Assembly: GCA_007129495.1 (NCBI GenBank)
Contig: SKVJ01000021.1
Coordinates: 39,806 to 103,805 of the forward strand
Source of the DNA: Dehalococcoidia bacterium
Lineage (GTDB): Bacteria; Chloroflexota; Dehalococcoidia; GIF9; AB-539-J10
DNA: 64,000 bases
Direction: 5' to 3'
Shown here: positions 46,391-55,499 of the stretch, one piece after another
Layout: the number at the start of each line of letters is the position of its first letter
Position numbering within the stretch: the stretch's first letter is position 1
Notes under the pieces: generated by a model
Databases searched by the model: none
Told to the model about the DNA's origin: nothing
What the model saw: the letters and a program-made list of their open reading frames with translations, nothing else
Made by a program: the position numbers and the translations under genes

Positions 46391-47257
46391 CTACTTTTCG
46401 AGTATCTCCTTCAGTACCTCTTCCTTCATGTGGTACGTATGCTCCGCTCCGGGATAGATTCCCTGCTCCACTTCCTGCTTGTAGTGCTGTAGTGCCAGAG
46501 TGATAACCTCAGCAAGATTGGCGTACTTCTTGACGAACTTGGGCGTGAACTTGTCGAAAAGCCCCAGTATGTCGTACATGTTTATGGTCTGCCCATCAGT
46601 GTTTGGACCGGCACCCATCGTGGTGACCGGAATAGTCAGCTCCCTGCAGATGAGTTCAGCCAAACGGTCAGGCGTTCCTTCGAGTGTGAGCATGAACGCT
46701 CCTGCCGCCTCCAGTGCCTTGGCGTCTTCGATGAGTTTGCGAGCGGTAGAGGTGTCAGTGCCCTGAACCTTGAATCCGCCTGACATCGAAGCGCTCTGGG
46801 GAGTAATGCCGATATGACCCACGACCGGGATACCGGCCCTGGAAATGGCTTTGACAGTTGGGGCGAACTCCTGTCCTCCCTCCAGCTTGACAACATCAGC
46901 CCCGCCTTCCTTCAGCAGTCGACCTGCATTGAATATCGCGTCCCTGATATCGGTCTGATAGGACAGGAAGGGAAGGTCGCCGATAATCATGGCATATTGA
47001 ACTGCTCGCGAGACAGCTTTGCAGTGATAGATCATCTCCTCCATCGTCACCGGTACGGTGTTCTTGAGACCCGCCACAACCATGCCACATGAGTCGCCCA
47101 CGAGTATGGCATCCACGCCGGCGCGGTCCGCCAGCAGCGCCATCGGGTAGTCGTAGCAAGTGAGTCGCACGATCTTCTCTCCTCGCCGCTTCTTAGTCAG
47201 CAGGTCCAGGGGAGTGACTTTCTTCCTTTCGTGCGGCTTTTCGTCGGGTGATGTCAT
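46391..47257 (-). CDS. panB: 3-methyl-2-oxobutanoate hydroxymethyltransferase
   Basis: 288 aa. Contains LTCYDYPMALLADRAGVDAILVGDS, VKLEGG and GHIGITPQS. Confidence 0.92.
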   Translation of the reverse strand: MTSPDEKPHERKKVTPLDLLTKKRRGEKIVRLTCYDYPMALLADRAGVDAILVGDSCGMVVAGLKNTVPVTMEEMIYHCKAVSRAVQYAMIIGDLPFLSYQTDIRDAIFNAGRLLKEGGADVVKLEGGQEFAPTVKAISRAGIPVVGHIGITPQSASMSGGFKVQGTDTSTARKLIEDAKALEAAGAFMLTLEGTPDRLAELICRELTIPVTTMGAGPNTDGQTINMYDILGLFDKFTPKFVKKYANLAEVITLALQHYKQEVEQGIYPGAEHTYHMKEEVLKEILEK

Positions 47258-47324
47258 TGTCCGGGGTCCTCCTCTATGGTGACTTGCAGCCCTCTCTTCT
47301 TCGTGGGTTCGCTGCTGAAGCGGT

Positions 47325-48077
47325 CTACCCGTACTGTCTCTGGTCCAGCACTTTCATGTCATGCCCCGGCAGCACGTGGTCAGCGAGACGCTCCATGCGT
47401 CTGAATGTCTCGTAGTACGTGCCGAGGTTCTCGTAAATCATGCCCGGTATGGGACGTCCGAACCTGTTGCCCTCGAGGTTCTCGTAAAGTGGCGCGTTGT
47501 CGCCGGCGATGTAATACAGTCCTTTGGCGGTGTTGATCAGTGGGCACTGCATGCCCGGAGTGTGTCCTGGTGCGAAGATCAGCTTCAGGCCGTCGGCTAG
47601 ATCGTGATCACCATCCAGCACCTCGAATCTGGTGTTGCTGTAGGCCGGTGCCATGCCCGTGGTAGGGGCCTCGTACACGTTTGCGAATATGGGGTGAGGT
47701 GATGCCGCATACTCCAGTTCAAGCCTCTGGACCACGAAGCGTGCGTTAGTGAATAACTCGTGGTTATAGCAATGGTCCCAGTGCAGGTGAGTGGCCACCA
47801 CGATGTCGATTTCTGCCGGGTTCACGCCGGCTGCTTCAAGCGCCCGCGCGGGATCCTGCTCAGGCTTGCGGGTAAACGGCTTGTGATACTTCGTTGCCCA
47901 TTCGGGGTCCGCACATCCCGTGTCAACCATGATGCGCCTGCCGCCGCCTTCCACGTAGAACATCAATGCCGGACACTGAATGTCAGTGCCCCACCCCTGC
48001 CCCCAGACAAACTGCGGTCTCTCAATGGTTAACGTCCTTACGCTGACAGGCGTGATAGTGTAGTACGTGCCGCCCAT
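47325..48077 (-). CDS. MBL-fold metallo-hydrolase (N-acyl homoserine lactonase-like)
   Basis: ORF 47325-48152. I moved the start to ATG 48077, 6 nt after GAAGGAGG. Contains THLHWDHCYN and APGHTPG. Confidence 0.8.
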   Translation of the reverse strand: MGGTYYTITPVSVRTLTIERPQFVWGQGWGTDIQCPALMFYVEGGGRRIMVDTGCADPEWATKYHKPFTRKPEQDPARALEAAGVNPAEIDIVVATHLHWDHCYNHELFTNARFVVQRLELEYAASPHPIFANVYEAPTTGMAPAYSNTRFEVLDGDHDLADGLKLIFAPGHTPGMQCPLINTAKGLYYIAGDNAPLYENLEGNRFGRPIPGMIYENLGTYYETFRRMERLADHVLPGHDMKVLDQRQYG

Positions 48078-48361
48078 GTCAAGCCTCCTTCGGGCGTTTG
48101 ATACTCCCGGTGCGATTCTAACATCATGGATTCCATGTGTCTGCGAATTCAAGGGAGACTGTTGCGAATGAGTCCAGGGTCACCGGTGCATATCTGCTGT
48201 CCCTCGTCAGATAGAGGTCGACGCCCGGGCCAACACGATATGAAGGTTCCAGACCCGCCACAGTGATGGGAATGCACATAGTTCGCACAGAAGACTTGTG
48301 AATGGCGCCTGTTGGGAGGGGATGTGCCAGCGGTGTCATTGCCATGAGAGAGGATCCGGGT

Positions 48362-48610
48362 TCAGGTGATGGCGGCACCGGGGTTCAGGATGTTGTTGGG
48401 GTCAAAGGGATTCTTGATGCCGCGCATGAGACGCTTGGCTGTCTCATCAGTGTAGCGGTCGAAGTACGGTTGGCGGGAACGCCCGACCCCGTGCTCCGCC
48501 GTTACGATTCCTCCCAGCCGGGCACCTTCCGCGTAGATGGCATCCTTAACCTCCCACAGGACTCCGCCCTTGTGCAGGTCCATCATGAGATGAGGATGGA
48601 GATTTCCATC
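48362..48610 (-). pseudogene. 3' remnant of a FAD-linked oxidase (GlcD-like) gene
   Basis: The open frame begins right after a TGA: DGNLHPHLMMDLHKGG...LGGIVTAEHGVGRSRQ...IKNPFDPNNILNPG. This is the last ~80 aa of a ~450-aa family. The N-terminal FAD-binding part is absent. Confidence 0.7.
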
Positions 48611-48644
48611 TCATCAAAGCTTGAGAACTCGAGTGGAGTAGTCG

Positions 48645-49295
48645 CTATTCCGAACTCTGATGCACGAGGCCCTTCTCGACCATGTACGCAGCTAGCTGTT
48701 GACGGTTGCGCAGCTTGAGCCGCCTGAGAATATGGCCAAGATGGATCTTCACGGTGTGCTCAGAGATGAAGAACGCTTCACCGATCTCCTTGTTGGTGGC
48801 CCCTTGCGCCACCATGGCGGCGATCTGCTGCTCACGAACACTCAAAGATTCAGGCTCGGCGCTCTCAGCCCCTGGTCGCGTTGCCTGGGCCATGAGCCGC
48901 GTTGTGTTGTTCGATATAGCGACCATACCCTGTGAGACAAGTTTCACTGCATCTGTGAATCGAACGACCTCTTCATCGCAGGACAGGCATCCTTTGGCCC
49001 CGGCCAGAAGAGCCTGATGTGTAAATGAGCCTTCGCGTTCCGGGTCAGTCAAAACAGCCACGGCCTGCTGTTGCTGCACAAGTTCCCGGACAGTATGCAT
49101 GTCCTCGCCACAGAAGCATCCATCGAGCAGGATTACATCCGCCTTCTTCTCGGTCAAACTCTCAAACAGGGACTGCTCTGTTGGAACGCAGACGACCTGA
49201 CAGCCCGCGAGGGTCAGTATCTTGGCGATTCCCTCCGCCTCCAGAGCATGCGGGGAGGCAATAACGATAGAAATCTGAGGTCTCTCCTCGGTCAT
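48645..49295 (-). CDS. LuxR/NarL-family regulator with degenerate receiver domain (paralog A)
   Basis: 216 aa. The C-terminal GerE HTH is LSVREQQIAAMVAQGATNKEIGEAFFISEHTVKIHLGHILRRLKLRNRQQLAA. The N-terminal REC-like fold reads IVIASPH instead of DD, and GCLSCD where the conserved Lys is expected. Confidence 0.85.
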   Translation of the reverse strand: MTEERPQISIVIASPHALEAEGIAKILTLAGCQVVCVPTEQSLFESLTEKKADVILLDGCFCGEDMHTVRELVQQQQAVAVLTDPEREGSFTHQALLAGAKGCLSCDEEVVRFTDAVKLVSQGMVAISNNTTRLMAQATRPGAESAEPESLSVREQQIAAMVAQGATNKEIGEAFFISEHTVKIHLGHILRRLKLRNRQQLAAYMVEKGLVHQSSE

Positions 49296-49556
49296 GATTC
49301 TCCTCTATCCAGCGTAATGCTATTCCCGCCGGCCGTTGTGTACCGGGGAATCATTCCCACGTAGAAATTGATGTAAGCGCATTCCGCGAAACGGGTAGTA
49401 TTCGTCTCCTTGAAGAGTACTGGCCCTTGTGGGATGGCACGCTGCGCTGAATCAAACGGTACACCAGCGTTGCACCTCTCTCCCGTCGCCACCCGGCAAT
49501 CATGGATGCGCAAACGCATCGTGACATGGGCGTGGCTGGAATGTCAAGGCGGCGCA

Positions 49557-49619
49557 TTCACTCATCCGGAATGTTACCGGGGCATATGGTTCACTCATTT
49601 AGAAATGTTACTAAGGGGC
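49557..49619 (+). repeat. imperfect tandem direct repeat (27 and 30 nt, starts 33 nt apart)
   Basis: TTCACTCATCCGGAATGTTACCGGGGC (49557-49583) and TTCACTCATTTAGAAATGTTACTAAGGGGC (49590-49619). They are followed by three full GATGAGAG octamers plus a partial GATGAG between 49630 and 49699. Confidence 0.6.
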
Positions 49620-50018
49620 CGTGCGAAGTGATGAGAGGATGAGCATAGATGAGAGACGGAAGTACCTGAAACTGGTGGTGGGGCGGTAGATGATGAGAGG
49701 GCGTTCTGAACGAAGCCGATTACTCGCCACTTGCCGTCTGCGGAGCTCCGTCCCACTGGTCCGTCGTTCTATCTCAGGACTCCCGGGATACCCGGAGGGA
49801 GGAGCAGCCGGCTCAGCGTTGTGGCCTGCATCCCGCTCTCGGTAATCGCGTGGCTGCCTGTCCGATTCCATCGGCTACCGACTCACGATGGCCGTCCGGG
49901 AGAGCGACTCCGCACCAGTTGCGTCGGTGTTTCGGATATTCCAGTCGCGCACTGGTCTGGCATCGATAACCGCATCGGGACCTGATTTGTCGACAAGACC
50001 GTACATGCCACGTCAGTC

Positions 50019-50255
50019 TTATGCTGTCACAGGGAATGTAGACACAGCCGATTCCGTGGTCACTCCATCCTTCATCAGGCTCTCGAGTTGCTCCAGACTC
50101 GCTTCTTTCTCGTCAAGCAACTGGCGGAGGCGCCGCGTGCCCTGTTTTCGGCCATTGCTCTTCCTCATGTGAGATATGGATCTGTTCACCTCGATCATCT
50201 CTGAGAATAGTTCGTAGTGACTCCTGCTCCCTGATCTATCCTTCCTGCGCTGCAT
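50019..50255 (-). CDS. small basic coiled-coil protein, hypothetical
   Basis: 78 aa. A strong RBS (GAGGAGGGGAGG) sits just upstream of the ATG. Contains the RRLRQLLDEKEASLEQLESLMKDG heptads. Confidence 0.5.
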   Translation of the reverse strand: MQRRKDRSGSRSHYELFSEMIEVNRSISHMRKSNGRKQGTRRLRQLLDEKEASLEQLESLMKDGVTTESAVSTFPVTA

Positions 50256-50719
50256 ATCGCCTCCCCTCCTCGAGTGCTTGAAATCTGAAAACCGGTTACT
50301 CCTTAGTCTTGGTCACGTTCATGTCGGAGCTCGCATGCCTCCGAACAGGCCAGTGGCAGTGCACCGGTTACCGGGTTGTCAGCCGGTCTGCAAGCGTCAG
50401 AAAGCCGGTAATTCTGTCAGGTGATCGGGTCATTCGCCATCTGTAGACATCCATCGCAGTGATTATTCTACGGTGGAGAGCTTCACCTGTCCCGGATTCG
50501 GACAGGACAAGTGTGACTCATGGGGGGAGCACTCCGCATCATCCTTTAGGATATGACAACATAACTCAACTACCTATTTCAGCAGCCGACGAAGCGATAC
50601 GTGGGAAATAACCTGCTGTGAAGCTGAATGCAGTACTAGATCGTCTGATACCCACGCTGTGGATAGTCCGATGAACCGGACGGCGAAATGAGAAGGAGAC
50701 GAAGCCAGAGAAGTACGCC

Positions 50720-51361
50720 TCAGCTGTCAGTCTTTTGCATTGCTACATGTGCTGCGATTTGCTGACGATTGCGGAGGTTCAGCTTCTCGAGGATGTGACC
50801 GAGGTGGATTTTGACGGTATGTTCCGAAATGAAAAGCGAGTCGGCGATCTCTCTGTTGGTGGCTCCGCGGGCAACCATTCCGGCGATCTCCTGCTCTCGG
50901 CTGCTGAGACGCTCGGGCGTCACCTCCTGGCGTATTCCATAGGCACCGGCCGCCATCAGCTGACCTATGGAACGGGACATGACGAAGGATCCCTGGTATG
51001 CCAGTCTGATAGAGGCGGAGAATCTCGATGGATCTTCGTCGTAAGAGAAACAGCCGGCAGCACCGGCCAGAATCGCCTGCAGGATGGAAGATGCACTCCA
51101 GTCAGGTCCTACCACAAGAACGACGGTGTGTCCTCGTTCAACCAGCGTGCGTATGAGGCTCATCCCGTCGCCCGACATGCATCCGTCGAGAATGATGACA
51201 TCAGCTGTCCTGGCGTCGACGGCGTCAAGCAGTGACTGTGGTGTAGAGGCTACCCTGATATCCCCACAATTGGATTCCCTGAGTATGCTGGCCAGACCAT
51301 CGGCCATGAGTTCGTGAAGGGAACCAATCAGAACCGAACCACAACAACCGAATTCACTCAT
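50720..51361 (-). CDS. LuxR/NarL-family regulator with degenerate receiver domain (paralog B)
   Basis: 213 aa. The HTH is LSSREQEIAGMVARGATNREIADSLFISEHTVKIHLGHILEKLNLRNRQQIAA. The REC-like N-terminus reads VLIGSLH instead of DD, and GCFSYD where Lys is expected. AGGAAGGA lies upstream of the ATG. Confidence 0.85.
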   Translation of the reverse strand: MSEFGCCGSVLIGSLHELMADGLASILRESNCGDIRVASTPQSLLDAVDARTADVIILDGCMSGDGMSLIRTLVERGHTVVLVVGPDWSASSILQAILAGAAGCFSYDEDPSRFSASIRLAYQGSFVMSRSIGQLMAAGAYGIRQEVTPERLSSREQEIAGMVARGATNREIADSLFISEHTVKIHLGHILEKLNLRNRQQIAAHVAMQKTDS

Positions 51362-51541
51362 CAGGTCCTTCCTTAATCGCTGCTCCTGCGGTCATGGCTG
51401 TAAGACCTCCGAGATTTCAGGCGGTATCAGAAGACAATCATTGACGTAATACCTGCCATGGGCTATGTACCTGCCATTACCGATGCCCATCTAACTGGAA
51501 CTGTAGCTGTGCTGCTCTCCCTGGTTGGGCTTTTTGACCTT

Positions 51542-51557
51542 ATCGAGCTAGCTCGAT
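51542..51557. promoter_or_regulatory. perfect 16-bp palindrome ATCGAGCTAGCTCGAT in a divergent intergenic region (candidate operator)
   Basis: Read directly from the sequence. It lies between regulator B (minus, start 51361) and the secreted-protein gene (plus, start 51867). A direct repeat ACCTGCCAT(G/T) lies at about 51450 and 51469. Confidence 0.3.
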
Positions 51558-51866
51558 CGTATTATCGCATGCGAACATGTATGACGCAATTTCCTGCGCT
51601 GAAGCAGTACGCTTTCTTCGACCATGCGAAGGAATTTCGACATGGGTACGATGTCCGCTTCTGCCAGTGATGCCCTCGGAAGGAACTCCGTGCCCAGGCA
51701 TTCGGCAATTCTCTATCGGCGCGGCAAACCACGATGCTGTAATCAAGAGAGCTTGACTTAAATCCAAGTAACTGGTTCAATGCATAATTAGCGGACTACC
51801 TGACCGGGCGTTCACACTGGTGTGGTGTCATAAAACGATGTTTGAAAGCAGGTAAGGAGGCTGGTC

Positions 51867-53849
51867 ATGATAACCGCGTTCTCGAAACCCAAGCTTGTAA
51901 GTCTTTTGCTGACTGTCACGCTCATATTGCCGTGGATGGCTATCAGTCCTGTTCTGGGTGCAGGATCGTATCCATATACAACGGTGAGCACCGAGGTATC
52001 CGGCGGCGTTGACTACCTCCGTGGCCAGCAAGTTGCCACAGGCGCGATCCAGGACTTCGCCACATCTGCCTGGGCGGTTATGGCCATCGTCTCCGCCGGG
52101 GAAGCCCCGCACAGTTGGAGGGTTGACTCTGGTCCCACCATAATTGACTATCTGTCCGAGAATGCCGGTAGTGCGTCGTCTACGAATGACTATTCTCGGA
52201 TGATACTCGCCGCCGTTGCTGCGGCGGAAAACCCCACAAGTTTCGGCGGGAGAGATTTTGTGTCTCTGCTTGAATCCTCCTACGACGGTACCCAGATAGG
52301 CGACAACTCTCTGCTCAATGATGATGTCTGGGGAGTCATGGCTCTGGTGGCTGCCGGGGTGGATCCATCTACATCGGATGTCATTCAGAACAGCGTCTCC
52401 TTCATCCTTGCGAATCAGAATGCTGATGGCGGCTGGAGCTGGGGAGTGGAGCAGGCGAGTGATGTGGACAGCACCGCCGCTACAATTATGGCGCTTATCG
52501 CGTCAGGGCAACCACCCGGTTCAACACCCGTAGCTGACGCCCTTGCTTACATCAAGTCCACACAGATGGAAAATGGTGGTTTTGAATCCTGGGGTGCGAC
52601 CAACTCGGCCACCAATTCCTGGGCTATCAACAGCATCGTCGCTGCCGGTCAGGACCCCACCGGTGCTGAGTGGATAAACGACCAAGGCAATGGCCCGGTT
52701 GACGATCTGCTCACGTTCCGGAACGAAGATGGCTCCTTCAACTGGACTGTGGAAACACCGTCCAACAAGGAGCTGATGACTTCAGAAGCCATCCTTGCGC
52801 TCTTGGGTACTCCCTATCCCGTGGTAGTGTTGGGGACACCGGCCATGCAGAAAGGCGTGACGATTGACGTACGGGTCGAGGGCCAGACCAGTACAGTCTG
52901 GAGTGGCACCGTAATCGTTGATGAGTCCACCATCATTGATGACCAGGGTGTGTTGCACCATATCGACCAGCCCACTGCCCTCGGGGCTCTGGACGAGGCA
53001 TCACAGGGTGGCGGATTCTCCTACGTGGTGAAGAACACCTCTTTTGGACTCTACGTCGAGTCCATCAATGGCGAGAACCCCGCGGGTACAGCAGGGTGGA
53101 CATATCGCGCTGATTATCTCAGCCCTATGGTCGGTGTAGCTGATTTTGTTCTCGACCAGACCAGTCCACCACCGCCACCGCACCAGGAGATTCTTTTCGC
53201 TTATGCCCAGTGGGGAGACGCACCTCTGAGGGTTGAGGTAGACAACACCGCACCGGGCGTTGGTGAGACCTTCGTGGTTACCGTGACCGAGTACGATGAC
53301 GACACCGGAACATGGTCAATGGCTGCCAATGCCACCGTCTACGCTGATAAGATCTACGAAACATCTGAGGATGGCACGGTAGCCATCACTATCGATAGCG
53401 ACCTGACCGTAGAGGTATACTCGGAGAAAGAGGGCTGCATCCGCAGCAACCGGATCGTTGCGACCGTGGGTGAAGGTAGTGTTCAGCCTGGCGACAGCGA
53501 GAATATAAGTCTCACGGCCGATATAGTGCCCGCTATCAGCTTCTCGGTGACTCCAAACGGGATCGGATTCGGCACACTTGGACCTCGCGACGTCAGTGAC
53601 CCGACGAGCCTCACCATTACCAATCTTGGTGCCTGGAACCTGAACATCACAGCTGTGGTGACGGATACAGCGAATGACCTCTACGTGAATGGTTTGAATC
53701 TGGACGGGGTGAAATGGGACGAGTTCAGTACTACGGTGTTGAGGGATGCAGCCAACGAGTGTGTAGCTATCCTCTCGGTGCCGGAAACGTACAGGGATAC
53801 CGGTTTACAAAGTGGCACACTCATTCTCTGGGCACAGGAGGCCTCCTAG
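51867..53849 (+). CDS. secreted multidomain protein: prenyltransferase/terpene-cyclase-like alpha/alpha-toroid repeats + DUF4430 (transcobalamin-like C-terminal) + two Ig-like domains
   Basis: 660 aa. AAGGAGG lies 7 nt before the ATG and a signal peptide is present. Repeats include NADGGWSWG, ENGGFESWG and EDGSFNW. The DUF4430-like segment is TIDVRVEG...TALGALDEA...GLYVESING...GWTYRADY. A PPPPP linker and beta-rich C-terminal domains follow. Confidence 0.8.
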   Translation: MITAFSKPKLVSLLLTVTLILPWMAISPVLGAGSYPYTTVSTEVSGGVDYLRGQQVATGAIQDFATSAWAVMAIVSAGEAPHSWRVDSGPTIIDYLSENAGSASSTNDYSRMILAAVAAAENPTSFGGRDFVSLLESSYDGTQIGDNSLLNDDVWGVMALVAAGVDPSTSDVIQNSVSFILANQNADGGWSWGVEQASDVDSTAATIMALIASGQPPGSTPVADALAYIKSTQMENGGFESWGATNSATNSWAINSIVAAGQDPTGAEWINDQGNGPVDDLLTFRNEDGSFNWTVETPSNKELMTSEAILALLGTPYPVVVLGTPAMQKGVTIDVRVEGQTSTVWSGTVIVDESTIIDDQGVLHHIDQPTALGALDEASQGGGFSYVVKNTSFGLYVESINGENPAGTAGWTYRADYLSPMVGVADFVLDQTSPPPPPHQEILFAYAQWGDAPLRVEVDNTAPGVGETFVVTVTEYDDDTGTWSMAANATVYADKIYETSEDGTVAITIDSDLTVEVYSEKEGCIRSNRIVATVGEGSVQPGDSENISLTADIVPAISFSVTPNGIGFGTLGPRDVSDPTSLTITNLGAWNLNITAVVTDTANDLYVNGLNLDGVKWDEFSTTVLRDAANECVAILSVPETYRDTGLQSGTLILWAQEAS

Positions 53850-53926
53850 TCTGCTCTGGCAAAGCGTCAGTTACATCCGAGTAAGATTGTTCGCTCGTCC
53901 CTGGATGGATGAGTAGGGGACTTATC

Positions 53927-54451
53927 ATGTTGCACAGACTCCGGACAGCATCCGCCGTGATTCTCCCTGTGGTTGTCCTGCTGCTGGGCGCTTCCTCAGT
54001 GCTCGGAGCGGGAGTTGGAGTGTCACCGGGCAGGATGGAATTCAGCGTGCGGCCGGGCGGTATGGAGACACAGGAGTTGTATGTAGTCAATCAGAATAGC
54101 GAGGCAGCTGATTTCGTGGTCTATGTCGAGGGCAGGAACGCCGGGTGGTTTCGCATTACTCCTGCAGAGTTTACCCTGCCCGGTAAGGGACACAGGAATG
54201 TCGAAATTGAGCTTACTCCATCGATTATCGCATATCCTCAGGAATACGATATATCAGTATGCGTCATCTCTATGCCGGTCGGCTCTGACTTGCGTATAGC
54301 TGCCGGTATCAAAGTGGCGACACATGTGCAGATAACCGGACTGCCGATAATGGCCGTCCAGTGGTGGATAGCATCTGTTGCCATCGTTCTCATTATGGCT
54401 GCCGGCGTAGTGGGGTTCTGGATACGGAAAGCGAATTATATGCAGCGATAG
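53927..54451 (+). CDS. membrane-anchored Ig-like/beta-sandwich surface protein (DUF916-like)
   Basis: ORF 53909-54451. The likely start is ATG 53927, behind AGGGGA. It has a signal peptide, then GVGVSPGRMEFSV...ELYVVNQN...FRITPAEFTLPG, and a C-terminal TM helix plus a basic tail. Confidence 0.7.
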   Translation: MLHRLRTASAVILPVVVLLLGASSVLGAGVGVSPGRMEFSVRPGGMETQELYVVNQNSEAADFVVYVEGRNAGWFRITPAEFTLPGKGHRNVEIELTPSIIAYPQEYDISVCVISMPVGSDLRIAAGIKVATHVQITGLPIMAVQWWIASVAIVLIMAAGVVGFWIRKANYMQR

Positions 54452-54865
54452 GTGTACCTCTCTGCCGGTGTTTTCCTGCCGGCATCAATGGCGGAAGTCT
54501 CTCAGGTCTTTGCCTTCCGCCAGTTCCATTACTGCGCAATGACAACGTGCAGTCATTTGTGCCACGGAGATAGGATTTGCCTCCGTGAGAGAACGGGCAG
54601 GATGGAGCCGAGCGACTTACTGTGCGTGGGACACATTCCGATGGTGTCGCGCGTTGTAAAGCGCTACACAGACGTTGTGGAGTGCATGCCATGGCCGATA
54701 CGGTACGGATAAGCCTTGATGCATACTTGGGGCTGCAGACATGTAGGCAGATAAGAGAGCGTTCCTTTCTCTCCGTAATGCGCAGTAGTGGCCTGATAAA
54801 GGGATCAAGGTTGGTGCTGCTTGGGGCAACGGTATGACGCGCGCCGCCATCACGGCAGGCAGACT

Positions 54866-55189
54866 TCAGCAGAGGGGGGGACCCAACGCAACCTGCACGA
54901 CCTTCTGGCCGTTGTCGGCTGTCTCGTTGCGAAGGACAATCAGGGGAGTGTCGTCATTCAGCAGGTGTGCGTCCACACGGACCGGATCCAGTTCATCCTT
55001 TAACCGCGGGTCGACAGCTAGAACTGCACGGCCTTTGAAGGATGCCACACAGTCGTCACGATGGACATCGTCAACCTCAAGTGAGTAGCCACCATCCCAT
55101 CGTTGCAGCCGGAACGCCTGTGTGTCAGGCAAATCCGCTGCTTCAATTGCCTGGTACAGTAGAAAACCTGTCAGTCCTGATAACACCAT
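54866..55189 (-). CDS. HesB/IscA-fold-like small protein lacking the Cys ligands (putative)
   Basis: 107 aa. GGAGGA lies 7 nt before the ATG. AFRLQRWDGGYSLEVDDVHRDD...GRAVLAVDPRLKDELDPVRVD follows the HesB-like pattern without the conserved cysteines. Confidence 0.5.
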   Translation of the reverse strand: MVLSGLTGFLLYQAIEAADLPDTQAFRLQRWDGGYSLEVDDVHRDDCVASFKGRAVLAVDPRLKDELDPVRVDAHLLNDDTPLIVLRNETADNGQKVVQVALGPPLC

Positions 55190-55499
55190 CGCTATATCCT
55201 CCGCTACGGTTGCAGTTCTCGGAATGCCGGTTGGTGAGGAAGCTACAGAAGACGGAACCTGGTGATACTCGACAGAAACGCCCGATCAGAATCTCCATCA
55301 TTTTACATCTCCTCGGCTTGGTTGCCCGGCAGGATGACCGGTCCGTGGCCATCCGTGCAGAAGAGAGTTTAAGGCAGCTGGATACCGGTACGCATCCCTC
55401 ACATGGGCAATAATCATGGCGGGATGGCCAATTGTGATGCGCGCCAGCGCAAAGGTATCTGCCCTCAGGGATGCATCGCAAATCGGAAGTACTAGAACC

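Noticed and set aside
51640-51866. Possible cobalamin riboswitch upstream of the transcobalamin-like gene
   Set aside because: The only B12-box-like string is GCCAGTG, not GCCACTG, and the AGGGAA / GGUGAAAAUCC core elements are absent.
55176-55334. 52-aa Cys-containing minus-strand mini-ORF (MMEILIGRFCRVSPGSVFCSF...) with GAGGAG 7 nt upstream, overlapping the HesB-like gene start
   Set aside because: It has a good RBS but no family or partner enzymes (no RiPP machinery nearby). It overlaps a better-supported gene out of frame. Coordinates are approximate, and it is kept only as a note.
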